Assembly: GCA_963934255.1 (NCBI GenBank)
Contig: CAWVXU010000026.1
Coordinates: 1-29,546 of the forward strand
Source of the DNA: an uncultured Fibrobacterales bacterium
GTDB taxonomy: Bacteria > Fibrobacterota > Fibrobacteria > Fibrobacterales > CAWVXU01
Direction of reading: 5' to 3'
DNA: 29,546 nt
Position 1 is the first letter of the stretch. Each line of letters opens with the position of its first letter. The notes under the pieces were generated by a model, which had not been told where the DNA came from, did not search any database, and saw only the letters and a list, made by a program, of their open reading frames with translations. Shown here piece by piece: positions 18,726 through 27,564 of this stretch. A program made the position numbers and the translations under genes.

Positions 18726-19460
18726 ATGACCAACAATGATATCCTCAGAAGACTCAGATTTACCACCAACCTCACTGACGCCAAGCTTGTTGAAATTGGA
18801 ACCTTAGGTGGAGCTGAATTCAGTGAAGCAGATATCACGTCATGGTTGATTAAAGATGAAGAAGACGAAAGCTATAGAAGTCTTCAGGATCTAGTTTTTG
18901 CACAATTTCTAAATGGATTGATTATTCACAAGCGTGGACCTTCTGATAAGGGGATGCCTGAAGCTGAATCTAAGCTTTCGAACAACGGTATTCTCCGTAA
19001 ATTGAAAATCGCTTTTAACTTGCAAAACGATGATATACTTGAAGTACTTGATAAGTCTGAATTCAAAATAAGCAAACACGAACTTTCTGCTTTCTTTCGT
19101 AAAGTAGGACACAAGCATTATCGTGAACTTAAAGATCAGATCCTGAGAAATTTTTTAAACGGTCTTCAGAAAAAGGTTCGCCCTATTCAAGACCTTGAAG
19201 CTATTGCAGAAGCTAAAGCCATTGCTGATTCTGATTCTGAATCTGAAGGCACCTCAAAACCGGATGAGACTGAAAAATTAATCCTTAGCAATGTGGATCG
19301 CGTGAGTCGCAAGCATCTATCTAAGAGGACAGGCAAGCCCAAGCAAGCCTACGTTCCTCAGTCTAAAGTTGAGTCTAAGAAAACCGATTCAGCAAGCGAA
19401 TCTAATGAAGGGGAAGTTTCAACAGGCGAAAAGAAATTTGATTGGGGCAAGCCTTCATAA
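18726..19460 (+). CDS. yehS: DUF1456/YehS family protein with a C-terminal low-complexity extension
   Basis: MTNNDILRRLR, FLNGLII.KRG, NN.ILRKLKIAF, SKHELSAFFRK..HKHYR..DQILRNFLNGL, then about 90 charged Ser/Glu/Lys-rich residues. Confidence 0.85.
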   Translation: MTNNDILRRLRFTTNLTDAKLVEIGTLGGAEFSEADITSWLIKDEEDESYRSLQDLVFAQFLNGLIIHKRGPSDKGMPEAESKLSNNGILRKLKIAFNLQNDDILEVLDKSEFKISKHELSAFFRKVGHKHYRELKDQILRNFLNGLQKKVRPIQDLEAIAEAKAIADSDSESEGTSKPDETEKLILSNVDRVSRKHLSKRTGKPKQAYVPQSKVESKKTDSASESNEGEVSTGEKKFDWGKPS

Positions 19461-19749
19461 AGGTCTGTCTGGAGTATAAATTTTATTAAAAGATAATACT
19501 CATAAGTGAGGATAAAATGAACTCTTATTGAGAGTCAGTAAAATGCTTCAAGCTTCGCTTCTGTAATGTAAAGCATCTACACCTCATCAAATGATTTGGA
19601 TGTTAAAGGATTGCAGTTTCCATCAAGTAATCAAAAAAAGTACCCAAGTAAAGTTATTTCGAGGTACCCAAGTGAAATAATTATCAATGGACCAAAGCCT
19701 CCAGATTATAGAGCCCCCTAAGGATTTTAATCGCTGAAAAGTTGATGGA

Positions 19750-19780
19750 TTGACAACAGGGCTCTTGGTTTAAGTATAAT
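19750..19780 (+). promoter_or_regulatory. Consensus sigma70 hexamers with a 19-bp spacer
   Basis: TTGACA (19750-55), 19 nt, TATAAT (19775-80), about 260 nt upstream of rplM. Confidence 0.35.
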
Positions 19781-19979
19781 CATTTCAAAGAGTTAAATGA
19801 GTCCCAAGTGTTCTAGATTTCTAGCGGAATGATTTATCGACAAACGCTCAAAAATCTAAAATTTTTTGGTATTTTTTCGTTTTTAAAGGCCAATGTCAGC
19901 GCTCTTACCCAATAGACACTCATTTTTTCTTATTTCACACTAGGTAATTCCCTATATTTTTCTATCCTTAGCGAGCTTA

Positions 19980-20007
19980 TTCGTATTCATTTCCGCGTGA
20001 ATATGAA
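19980..20007 (+). promoter_or_regulatory. Hairpin in the rplM 5' leader (candidate L13 leader)
   Basis: TTCGTATTCAT-TTCCGC-GTGAATATGAA forms an 11-bp stem with two G-U pairs, just downstream of a -10-like TATCCT (19963-68). Confidence 0.45.
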
Positions 20008-20038
20008 CTAACATATTGTATAAAAAGAAGGCAATTAA

Positions 20039-20461
20039 ATGAAAACAGAGATCGTCAACGACAACAACGTTGAAAGAAAATGGGTTCTGATTGATGCAAA
20101 AGACCAAGTACTTGGTCGTATGTCAACTGGTATCGCTCATATTCTTAAGGGCAAGCACAAAGCTTCATATAGCCCTGCATCTGACGTTGGTGACTACGTA
20201 GTAGTTATTAATGCAGAACAAATCGTTTTGACTGGTGCAAAAGCCGAGCAAAACTCATACTTTTCTCACTCTACCTACGCTGGTGGCAGTAAGACTACAT
20301 CATTCTCAGATATGATGGCAAAAAAACCAACTTATGCTGTAGAACACGCTGTTAAAGGTATGCTTCCTAAGAACGCTATCGGCAAACGTATGTACTCTAA
20401 ACTATTTGTGTATGAAGGATCAGAACATCCTCACGCAGCACAATCACCTGTAGCAATTTAA
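20039..20461 (+). CDS. rplM: 50S ribosomal protein L13
   Basis: RKWVLIDA, LGR, LKGKHK, GDYVVVINA, VKGMLPKN and HPHAAQ. Confidence 0.99.
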   Translation: MKTEIVNDNNVERKWVLIDAKDQVLGRMSTGIAHILKGKHKASYSPASDVGDYVVVINAEQIVLTGAKAEQNSYFSHSTYAGGSKTTSFSDMMAKKPTYAVEHAVKGMLPKNAIGKRMYSKLFVYEGSEHPHAAQSPVAI

Positions 20462-20470
20462 GGATAGATA

Positions 20471-20869
20471 ATGGCTAAAAAATTAACACAATTCCGCGCT
20501 ACTGGTCGTCGTAAAGACGCTGTTGCAGCTGTAATTTTGCGTCCTGGAACAGGGAAACGCACTGTAAACAAACAAGATTTCACTGAGTATTTTCACTCTG
20601 ACTCACAGAACATGATCGCTGAGATGCCTTTTGCAACTCTAGACAATGGTTCACAGTGGGACGTGATTGCTAACGCTCATGGTGGTGGTATCTCTGGTCA
20701 AGTTGGCGCTATCCGTTTAGGAATCGCTCGTGCACTAGTATCTGCTAACGAAGAAGATCGCAAAGCATTACGTGGCGCAGATCTACTTACTCGTGACCCA
20801 CGTTGTGTGGAACGTAAGAAATACGGTCGTAAGAAAGCTCGTAAATCTTTCCAATTCTCAAAACGTTAA
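20471..20869 (+). CDS. rpsI: 30S ribosomal protein S9
   Basis: ATGRRK, GGGISGQ.GAIRLGIARAL, LTRDPR.VERKK.G and C-terminal QFSKR. Confidence 0.99.
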   Translation: MAKKLTQFRATGRRKDAVAAVILRPGTGKRTVNKQDFTEYFHSDSQNMIAEMPFATLDNGSQWDVIANAHGGGISGQVGAIRLGIARALVSANEEDRKALRGADLLTRDPRCVERKKYGRKKARKSFQFSKR

Positions 20870-20890
20870 TATTAAAATATATATCAATCA

Positions 20891-20970
20891 CCTGGTGGTT
20901 ATGGTCTTGGGTTGTTTCACATTGTGGAATTTTAAGGCCAACAAGATACCGCCCGGGAAGTTATTAAACC
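20891..20970 (+). ncRNA. Structured rpsB leader (S2 autoregulatory / t44-like cis element)
   Basis: Long nested stem (CCTGGTGGT/ACCGCCCGGG, TCTTG/CAAGA, inner TTTCAC/GTGGAA). An internal GGGTT and a downstream AAACC could form the pseudoknot known from S2 leaders. Lies directly before rpsB. Confidence 0.65.
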
Positions 20971-20982
20971 AAGGAAATTAAA

Positions 20983-21711
20983 ATGGAATTACCAAGTTTA
21001 AAAGAAATGCTTGAAGCAGGTGTCCACTTCGGTCATCAAACACGTCGTTGGAATCCTAAGATGCGCAAATTCATCTTAAGTGAGCACAATGGTATTCACG
21101 TAATTAATCTAAAGAAAACTCAAGAAACTCTTGAAGCCGCAGAGAAAGTTGTCAGAAAAGTTGCTGAAGCTGGCAAACAAGTTCTCTTCGTTGGAACAAA
21201 AGTTACTTCTCGCAAAGTAATTCAAGATGTTGCTGGAGCGACAGGTCAATTTTACGTGACTAAACGTTGGTTAGGCGGGATGCTAACTAATTACCAAACT
21301 GTTCGTCAATCGATCCGTAAACTTGAGAAAATCGAGAAAATGGCTAAAGACGGTACTTACAATGAACTGACTAAAAAAGAAGTTCTACAACTTGAAAAAG
21401 ACCGCATGGGTCTTGCTGAAGTTTTTGACGGTATCCGTAGCTTAAAAGGTCTTCCATCACTTATCGTTATTACTGACGTTAAATATGAGCACCTTGCTAT
21501 TCGTGAAGCGCGTAAATTACGTATTCCGATTATCGCACTTTGTGATACAAATGTTGACCCTGAACTCGTTGAATACCCGGTACCGGCCAATGATGATGCA
21601 GTCAAGTCTTTAAGCTTAATCTTAGATTATCTTACTCAATCACTACTCACTAAAAAACAAGCAAAAGATCAAGCTGCCGAAGGCATTGAACTTGCGCAAC
21701 AAGAAGCTTAA
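20983..21711 (+). CDS. rpsB: 30S ribosomal protein S2
   Basis: MLEAGVHFGHQTRRWNPKM, LFVGTK, RWLGGMLTN, DTN.DP and PANDDA. Confidence 0.99.
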   Translation: MELPSLKEMLEAGVHFGHQTRRWNPKMRKFILSEHNGIHVINLKKTQETLEAAEKVVRKVAEAGKQVLFVGTKVTSRKVIQDVAGATGQFYVTKRWLGGMLTNYQTVRQSIRKLEKIEKMAKDGTYNELTKKEVLQLEKDRMGLAEVFDGIRSLKGLPSLIVITDVKYEHLAIREARKLRIPIIALCDTNVDPELVEYPVPANDDAVKSLSLILDYLTQSLLTKKQAKDQAAEGIELAQQEA

Positions 21712-21726
21712 GCAAAAGGGTTTATC

Positions 21727-22587
21727 ATGGCTATTACTGCTGCACTCGTAAAAGAGTTACGTGAAAAAACTGGCGTTGGAATGATGAAATGCAAACAAGC
21801 ATTAGTCGAAACTGACGGTGATGTCGAAAAAGCAATCGCTAACTTACGTAAAGCTGGAGCAGCTGTTGCTGCTAAAAAAGCTGGACGTGAGGCGAACGAA
21901 GGTAAAGTTTTCTTCGCCACTTCTGGAACTACAATCGCTGCCGTTGAAGTTTTCTGTGAAACAGAGCCTACTTCTGGTAACGAAGGATATATCGCTTTTG
22001 GTGAGTCTGCTGCAAAGCTTGCTGCTGAAGGAAATATCACAGATCTTCCAACATTACTAGCATCTCCATTGAACGATTCTACTGTTCAAGAAGAGTTGAA
22101 TGTTCTTGTTGGCCGTATCACTGAAAATATTGGTATCAAACGCCACGCAATAATTTCCTCGGAAAATGCTGCAGTTGCTACTTACTCACATATGGGTGGT
22201 AAAATTGGTGTTGTTGTTCGTTTAACGTTCCCTGGAACTGCTACTGATATGGCTGTTATTGAAACTGTTGCAAAAGATCTTGCTATGCAAGTCGCTGCTA
22301 CGGCTCCAATTGCTGTTAATTCAAGTGAAGTTTCTGCTGAAATTATCGCAGCAGAGCGTGAAGTATATGTTGAGCTTGCTCGTAAAGCTGGTACTAAAGA
22401 AGAATACATCGATCGTCAGATTGAAGGAAAACTTAAGAAGTACTTAAAAGAAGTTTGTCTCGCTGAACAAATGTTCATCAAAGACACTAAAAAACCTGTA
22501 ACAGAGCTTCTTAAAGAAACTGCTGCAGCTGCTGGTGTTGAGTCACTTGAAATTGGTGAATTTGTCCGCTTCGAGCTGGGTAAATAG
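21727..22587 (+). CDS. tsf: Translation elongation factor Ts
   Basis: ITAALVKELREKTG.GMM.CK.AL, EG, HMGGKIGV, LAMQVAA and C-terminal FVRFELG. Follows rpsB. Confidence 0.97.
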   Translation: MAITAALVKELREKTGVGMMKCKQALVETDGDVEKAIANLRKAGAAVAAKKAGREANEGKVFFATSGTTIAAVEVFCETEPTSGNEGYIAFGESAAKLAAEGNITDLPTLLASPLNDSTVQEELNVLVGRITENIGIKRHAIISSENAAVATYSHMGGKIGVVVRLTFPGTATDMAVIETVAKDLAMQVAATAPIAVNSSEVSAEIIAAEREVYVELARKAGTKEEYIDRQIEGKLKKYLKEVCLAEQMFIKDTKKPVTELLKETAAAAGVESLEIGEFVRFELGK

Positions 22588-22608
22588 ATTCAATTTTTTG
22601 AAAACTTT

Positions 22609-22648
22609 AAAAGCCACTTAGGATTTCCTAGGTGGCTTTTTCTTTTTT
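22609..22648. terminator. Bidirectional intrinsic terminator between tsf and ung
   Basis: AAAAGCCACTTAGG-ATTT-CCTAGGTGGCTTTT with A and T tracts on the two sides, between convergent genes. Confidence 0.9.
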
Positions 22649-23360
22649 AGATCGAAAATAAATCCATTTGTTTATTCAGACTATTCCAGTTTATTTTCGT
22701 CAAACTTTTTTCATCCAAGAATTCATTGGCTTCGGCAAAATGATTATTACCCAAAAAACCTCGGTAAGCAGACAGAGGCGAAGGGTGCGCAGATGTCAAT
22801 ATCAAATGTTTGGAACTATCAATCAGGTGTGACTTTGTTTGTGCGTGGGCGCCCCAAAGTAAAAAGACCACATTGTCTTGATAAAGTGAAACTTTATGGA
22901 TCACAGAGTCTGTAAAATTAGACCATCCAAGTTTACTATGAGATCCTGCCTGAGCGGCACGAACCGACAAAGCAGTATTTAATAGTAATACTCCTTGAGT
23001 CGCCCAACTAGTTAAGTTTCCGTGATTAGGGATGTCAAAGTCAACACTCCGATGAAGTTCTTTATAAATATTTTTGAGACTAGGTGGGACGTTGAACTCT
23101 GAAGGGACGGAAAAACTCAAGCCGTGTGCTTGACCTGGACCATGATAGGGGTCTTGACCTAAGATGACTACTTTAGTCTCTGTCAAGGGGCAAATTTCTA
23201 GTGCCTTGAATAAGTTTACAATATTTGGGTATACAATATGGTTCTCAAATTCAGTTGCCAGCCTATCATTGAGTAGTTCAAAATCCTTTGTTTGAACCTC
23301 TGAGCTTAAGTACAAGCTCCAAGTCGCTGGAATATAATGCTGAAGGTGAGTGTTATCCAT
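22647..23360 (-). CDS. ung: Uracil-DNA glycosylase, family 1
   Basis: KVVILGQDPYHGPGQAHGLSFSV, PPSLKNIYKEL, GVLLLNT and HPSPLS. Start re-called to ATG 23360 (track gives TTG 23387). Confidence 0.97.
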   Translation of the reverse strand: MDNTHLQHYIPATWSLYLSSEVQTKDFELLNDRLATEFENHIVYPNIVNLFKALEICPLTETKVVILGQDPYHGPGQAHGLSFSVPSEFNVPPSLKNIYKELHRSVDFDIPNHGNLTSWATQGVLLLNTALSVRAAQAGSHSKLGWSNFTDSVIHKVSLYQDNVVFLLWGAHAQTKSHLIDSSKHLILTSAHPSPLSAYRGFLGNNHFAEANEFLDEKSLTKINWNSLNKQMDLFSI

Positions 23361-23430
23361 GTTCTCAAATTTAATAAAACTGTGCAATTATCAAAATAGC
23401 CAAGATATACGCCTGTTTTACAAATGAATT

Positions 23431-23461
23431 TTGACCTAATTTGCTTGATTTTCTACTTTAG
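23431..23461 (+). promoter_or_regulatory. Putative sigma70 promoter of the pyrH operon
   Basis: TTGACC (23431-36), 17 nt, TACTTT (23454-59). Confidence 0.6.
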
Positions 23462-23498
23462 GAGGTAGGAATAGCTTACTTGCATCCAAAGGATTATT

Positions 23499-24212
23499 GT
23501 GTCAGAATTAAAATACAAACGCGTGTTATTAAAACTTTCCGGTGAAGCACTTGCTGGAGAAAAGGGTTTCGGTGTAGACCCTCAAATCATCAAAGAAATT
23601 TCATCTGAAATTGTACGTATTCACAATATGGGATGTGAAGTCGCTATCGTCATTGGTGGTGGCAATATTGTTCGAGGAATATCAGCTTCTGCTGAGGGTA
23701 TTGATAGAACGACAGGTGATCAGATGGGTATGCTTGGAACAGTGATTAACTGTTTAGCTATGCAAGACGCAATTGAAAAAAATGGCATCCCGACTCGTGT
23801 GATGTCCGCTCTTAAAATTGAAGCGGTGTGCGAGCCTTTTATTAAAAGAAAAGCAGTGCGTCATCTAGAAAAACGCCGCATAGTTATTTTTGGTGCCGGT
23901 ACTGGTAATCCATATTTCACAACTGACTCAGCTGCGACACTTCGTGCAATCGAACTTCAAGCTGATGTGATTATGAAAGCAACTAAAGTTGATGGGATTT
24001 ATGATTCAGATCCAATGAAAAACCCTGATGCTGTCAAATACGATACTTTGACTTATACCAATGCAATTAATCAAGAGCTCGGTGTCATGGACACGTCTGC
24101 TGTTGCACTTTGTCGTGAAAACAACATGCCGATTTTAGTTTTTAAAATGGGTGACTCTTCAATGGAACGAGTTGTTAGTGGTGAGTCCATGGGTACAATC
24201 GTTACAGCATAG
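23499..24212 (+). CDS. pyrH: UMP kinase
   Basis: KRVLLKLSGEAL, GGGN, D.MGMLGTVIN, GTGNPYFTTD and ATKVDG.YD.DP. GTG start. Confidence 0.99.
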   Translation: MSELKYKRVLLKLSGEALAGEKGFGVDPQIIKEISSEIVRIHNMGCEVAIVIGGGNIVRGISASAEGIDRTTGDQMGMLGTVINCLAMQDAIEKNGIPTRVMSALKIEAVCEPFIKRKAVRHLEKRRIVIFGAGTGNPYFTTDSAATLRAIELQADVIMKATKVDGIYDSDPMKNPDAVKYDTLTYTNAINQELGVMDTSAVALCRENNMPILVFKMGDSSMERVVSGESMGTIVTA

Positions 24213-24254
24213 ATTTAAAGTTTAAAGATTTAAAGAATTACGAAAGAATTAAAA

Positions 24255-24794
24255 ATGGCTATTGAAGAAAGAATGGAAAAGGCGATAGAGTCTTGCAGAA
24301 GAGAATGGAGTAAAATCCGCACTGGTATGGCGACCCCTTCATTGTTAGATAACGTGATGGTTGATTACTACGGAACTCCAACACCTATAACTCATGTTGC
24401 AAATGTGGCCGTTCCTGAAGCACGTGTCATTGCAATTTCGCCTTGGGAAAAAGAAATGTTTGGACCCATTGAAAAAGCAATTTTCGAATCCAACTTAGGT
24501 CTGACTCCTCAGAGTGATGGCTCGTTTATTCGCTTGAATCTACCAATCCTAACTGGTGAACGTCGTATTGAACTTGCTAAGCAAGCTCGAAAAGTAGGTG
24601 AAGAAGCAAAGATTGCTATTCGCAACATTCGTCGTGACGAAAACGATACCCTCAAAAAAGATGGTAAAGAAGTGGGGATGTCTGAAGACGTGATTAAAGA
24701 TGAACTTGACGAAATCCAGACGACCACTAATTCGTTCATTAAAAGAGTTGATGAACTATATAGTGAAAAAGAAGCCGACATCCTTAAAGTTTAA
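24255..24794 (+). CDS. frr: Ribosome recycling factor
   Basis: IRTG.A.PSLLD, VDYYG, LGLTP, LT.ERR and AIRNIRRD. Confidence 0.98.
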   Translation: MAIEERMEKAIESCRREWSKIRTGMATPSLLDNVMVDYYGTPTPITHVANVAVPEARVIAISPWEKEMFGPIEKAIFESNLGLTPQSDGSFIRLNLPILTGERRIELAKQARKVGEEAKIAIRNIRRDENDTLKKDGKEVGMSEDVIKDELDEIQTTTNSFIKRVDELYSEKEADILKV

Positions 24795-24805
24795 TTGGAG
24801 TTAGA

Positions 24806-25522
24806 TTGAACGAATTTCCTAAACATATTGCCATTATCATGGATGGTAACGGTCGTTGGGCTCAAGCCAAAAAAAAGCCTCGAGTTTTTGGACACAAAAA
24901 AGGTGTTGAAGCGACACGTGAAGTAATCCGAGTTTGTACCGAACACAAACTTGGTTATCTTACTCTTTATGTTTTCTCATCTGAAAATTGGAAGAGACCA
25001 CCCAAAGAAGTCACTTTTTTAATGGCACTTCTCGGTGATATGATTGATCGCGAGATTCAAAATATGATGGATAAAAATGTTCGTCTTGAAGTACTTGGGG
25101 ACATGGATCAACTTCCTGAACGAGCTCGTAAGAAAATAAAAGGTGCGATTGATAAGACATCAGCTAATACGGGCATGCAATTAAATTTGGCTATTTCATA
25201 TAGTGGGCGTAGAGAATTAACTAGAGCGACTCGTCTAATATCTCAAAAGGTTTTGGATGGTTCAATAAAAGTGGAAGACATTACTGATGCAGTTATTTCG
25301 GAACACTTGTATTTACCTGAAGTTCCCGATCCAGAATTAATGATACGCACAGGTGGCGCTAGTCGAATTTCAAACTATTTATTATGGCAGGCTGCTTATT
25401 CAGAAATTTATGTCAGTCAAGTTTTATGGCCTGATTTTTCTGAAACAACATTTAATGAAGCGATAGACTTTTACCAATCTACCCAAAGACGCTTCGGAGG
25501 AGTTATTGACACTGATGAGTAA
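24806..25522 (+). CDS. uppS: Undecaprenyl diphosphate synthase (cis-prenyltransferase)
   Basis: PKHIAIIMDGNGRWA, FSSENWKRP, IRTGG..RISNYLLWQ, LWPDF and RRFGG. TTG start with GGAG upstream. Confidence 0.98.
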   Translation: MNEFPKHIAIIMDGNGRWAQAKKKPRVFGHKKGVEATREVIRVCTEHKLGYLTLYVFSSENWKRPPKEVTFLMALLGDMIDREIQNMMDKNVRLEVLGDMDQLPERARKKIKGAIDKTSANTGMQLNLAISYSGRRELTRATRLISQKVLDGSIKVEDITDAVISEHLYLPEVPDPELMIRTGGASRISNYLLWQAAYSEIYVSQVLWPDFSETTFNEAIDFYQSTQRRFGGVIDTDE

Positions 25523-26327
25523 TTTAACTGTACGTATATTATTTGCAATTCCTGCAATGGCACTTTTCTTTTTCTTGATGTATTTTAATTATTGGACAAG
25601 GGTTGGGGCTCTTTCATTTATTCTTGTAGTGGGTTCTTGGGAATTTGGCAAAATGATTCGTGCCAAATTCAACGGCCCAAGGGTAGATATTGTCCTCCCT
25701 CTATTGATGTTAGCGTTGAACCTGACACAATTTATTCCAACTCTATCGTGTTATACTTCACTCGTTACCATGGTGAGTGTATTCACATTAATCTTATTAG
25801 GTTATAAGAGCATTGATATTGATGAACTTTTCCCTTGGCTTGCACAAGTGCTTTTGGGTTTTGCGCTACTTGGTTTTTGGACCGCACAAGGTTTTGAAAT
25901 TATCTCTGCAGGTGATATGAGCTTTGAGGGTGCTTATGTATTCTTATTCACAGCAATGGTGATGTGGGCTTCTGATTCATTTGCTTATTTTGCTGGGCGC
26001 ACTTTGGGTAAAAACAAAATGGCTCCACAGATTTCTCCTAAGAAAACATGGGAAGGTTCTATCGGCGGTGTCATCGGTGTAATAGTACTTGTCTATTTTG
26101 TTGGACCGGCGATGACTGGTCTTGATCTAGTTCCGACTCTTTTACTTGGTTTGATATTATCCATCGCAGGTCAGATTGGTGATTTATTCTTCTCAGCAAT
26201 GAAACGGTACACTGGCGTCAAAGATTCTTCTAATATCTTTCCAGGACATGGTGGTGTTTTGGATCGATTTGATAGCTTTATTTTAGGCTTACCACTCTCA
26301 GTGATCATTATTGCGTTTTTTAAATAG
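25515..26327 (+). CDS. cdsA: Phosphatidate cytidylyltransferase
   Basis: Polytopic membrane protein with DSFAYFAG, SPKKTWEG and S.MKR..GVKDS...PGHGGVLDRFDS. Likely start ATG 25515 overlapping the uppS end. Confidence 0.97.
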   Translation: MSNLTVRILFAIPAMALFFFLMYFNYWTRVGALSFILVVGSWEFGKMIRAKFNGPRVDIVLPLLMLALNLTQFIPTLSCYTSLVTMVSVFTLILLGYKSIDIDELFPWLAQVLLGFALLGFWTAQGFEIISAGDMSFEGAYVFLFTAMVMWASDSFAYFAGRTLGKNKMAPQISPKKTWEGSIGGVIGVIVLVYFVGPAMTGLDLVPTLLLGLILSIAGQIGDLFFSAMKRYTGVKDSSNIFPGHGGVLDRFDSFILGLPLSVIIIAFFK

Positions 26328-26335
26328 AGGTGTCT

Positions 26336-27511
26336 ATGTCTAATTTTACTGTTGATACTAAAAGTGCCGTTTGTCTTCTTGGAGCAACAGGTTCCATTGG
26401 TGATTCAACAATTGATGTTTTGAAGCATCATGCAGATCGCTTTACTTTGCATTCGGTAGCAGCAGCCTCTAATTGGCAAAAAATGGCCACGATTGCTCGT
26501 GAGTTTGATGTCAAGCATCTAGTCATGTGGTCAAGTGAAGCTGCAGAAAAGCTTTCGAAAGAGCTCGGCCGCGAAGTACTATGCGGTATGGATGGCTTAC
26601 TTCAGATTGTGAAAGATCCTGAAGTGGATGTTGTAGTGAATGGTCTTGTAGGCTCAGTGGGTTGTCTACCCACTCTTGAAGCGATCAAACATGATAAAAG
26701 AGTAGCCTTGGCAAATAAAGAAACATTGGTAATGGCAGGGTATTGTGTCGAACAGCTTTTGAGCGAACACCCTAAAGCATCGCTACTTCCTGTGGATAGT
26801 GAGCACAATGCGATTTTTCAGTGTCTAGCTGAACGCCCAACTAAAGAAGTACACCATATTCAATTGACTGCCTCAGGCGGTCCTTTTAGGACTCTTCCCA
26901 AAGAAGAATTTGCTAACATCACGCGCGCTCAAGCTTTAAAGCATCCAACTTGGTCCATGGGGCCAAAGATCACAATTGATTCAAGTACCCTAATGAATAA
27001 AGGCCTTGAAGTGATGGAAGCTCATTATCTTTTTAAACTACCTTATGATCAAATTAAAGTTGTCGTTCATCCTCAGTCTATTGTTCATTCAATGGTTCAA
27101 TTCGTGGATGGAAGTCTGATGGCTCAACTTGGCGCTCCAGATATGCGTCACCCAATCCAGTTTGCATTGTCTTATCCAGAACGATGGGACCTCAATGTCG
27201 ATCATGTCTATCTTCCTGATATTGGTTCTCTTGATTTCTTTGCACCAGACGCGGAGAAATTCCCTTGTTTAAGGCTCGCTTATGAAGCAGGTAATCGAGA
27301 AGGAACTGCTCCGGCCATTCTTAATGCCGCCAATGAGGTGGTTGTCCCTGCATTTTTGGACGGTCAGATTGAGTATCTTGATATTCCGAAGATTCTCGAG
27401 GATATTTTAGGTAAGTCGTCGGTAATTGATGAGCCTGATCTTGATACAATTTTAAAAGTGGATCAGGAAACTAGGATTTTTACACTCGATTATTTGAAGT
27501 CAAAATTTTAA
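26336..27511 (+). CDS. dxr: 1-deoxy-D-xylulose 5-phosphate reductoisomerase
   Basis: LGATGSIG, LANKE, PVDSEH.A, LTASGGPF, HPTWSMGPKITIDS and NKGLE. ATG 26336 fits the AGAGG spacing better than GTG 26330. Confidence 0.98.
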   Translation: MSNFTVDTKSAVCLLGATGSIGDSTIDVLKHHADRFTLHSVAAASNWQKMATIAREFDVKHLVMWSSEAAEKLSKELGREVLCGMDGLLQIVKDPEVDVVVNGLVGSVGCLPTLEAIKHDKRVALANKETLVMAGYCVEQLLSEHPKASLLPVDSEHNAIFQCLAERPTKEVHHIQLTASGGPFRTLPKEEFANITRAQALKHPTWSMGPKITIDSSTLMNKGLEVMEAHYLFKLPYDQIKVVVHPQSIVHSMVQFVDGSLMAQLGAPDMRHPIQFALSYPERWDLNVDHVYLPDIGSLDFFAPDAEKFPCLRLAYEAGNREGTAPAILNAANEVVVPAFLDGQIEYLDIPKILEDILGKSSVIDEPDLDTILKVDQETRIFTLDYLKSKF

Positions 27512-27564
27512 ACTCAATGTATCAGGTCAATTGATAATATACAGATAAATTTGGCAAAAGCCAC

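Noticed and set aside
19640..19810. GTACCCAAGT repeats as a CRISPR or iteron array
   Set aside because: Only two good copies, too short, with no spacer-sized regular period and no cas or rep genes.
20772..20981. 69-aa ORF bridging rpsI and rpsB as a possible leader peptide
   Set aside because: It starts out of frame within rpsI, and the gap is better explained by the S2 leader RNA.
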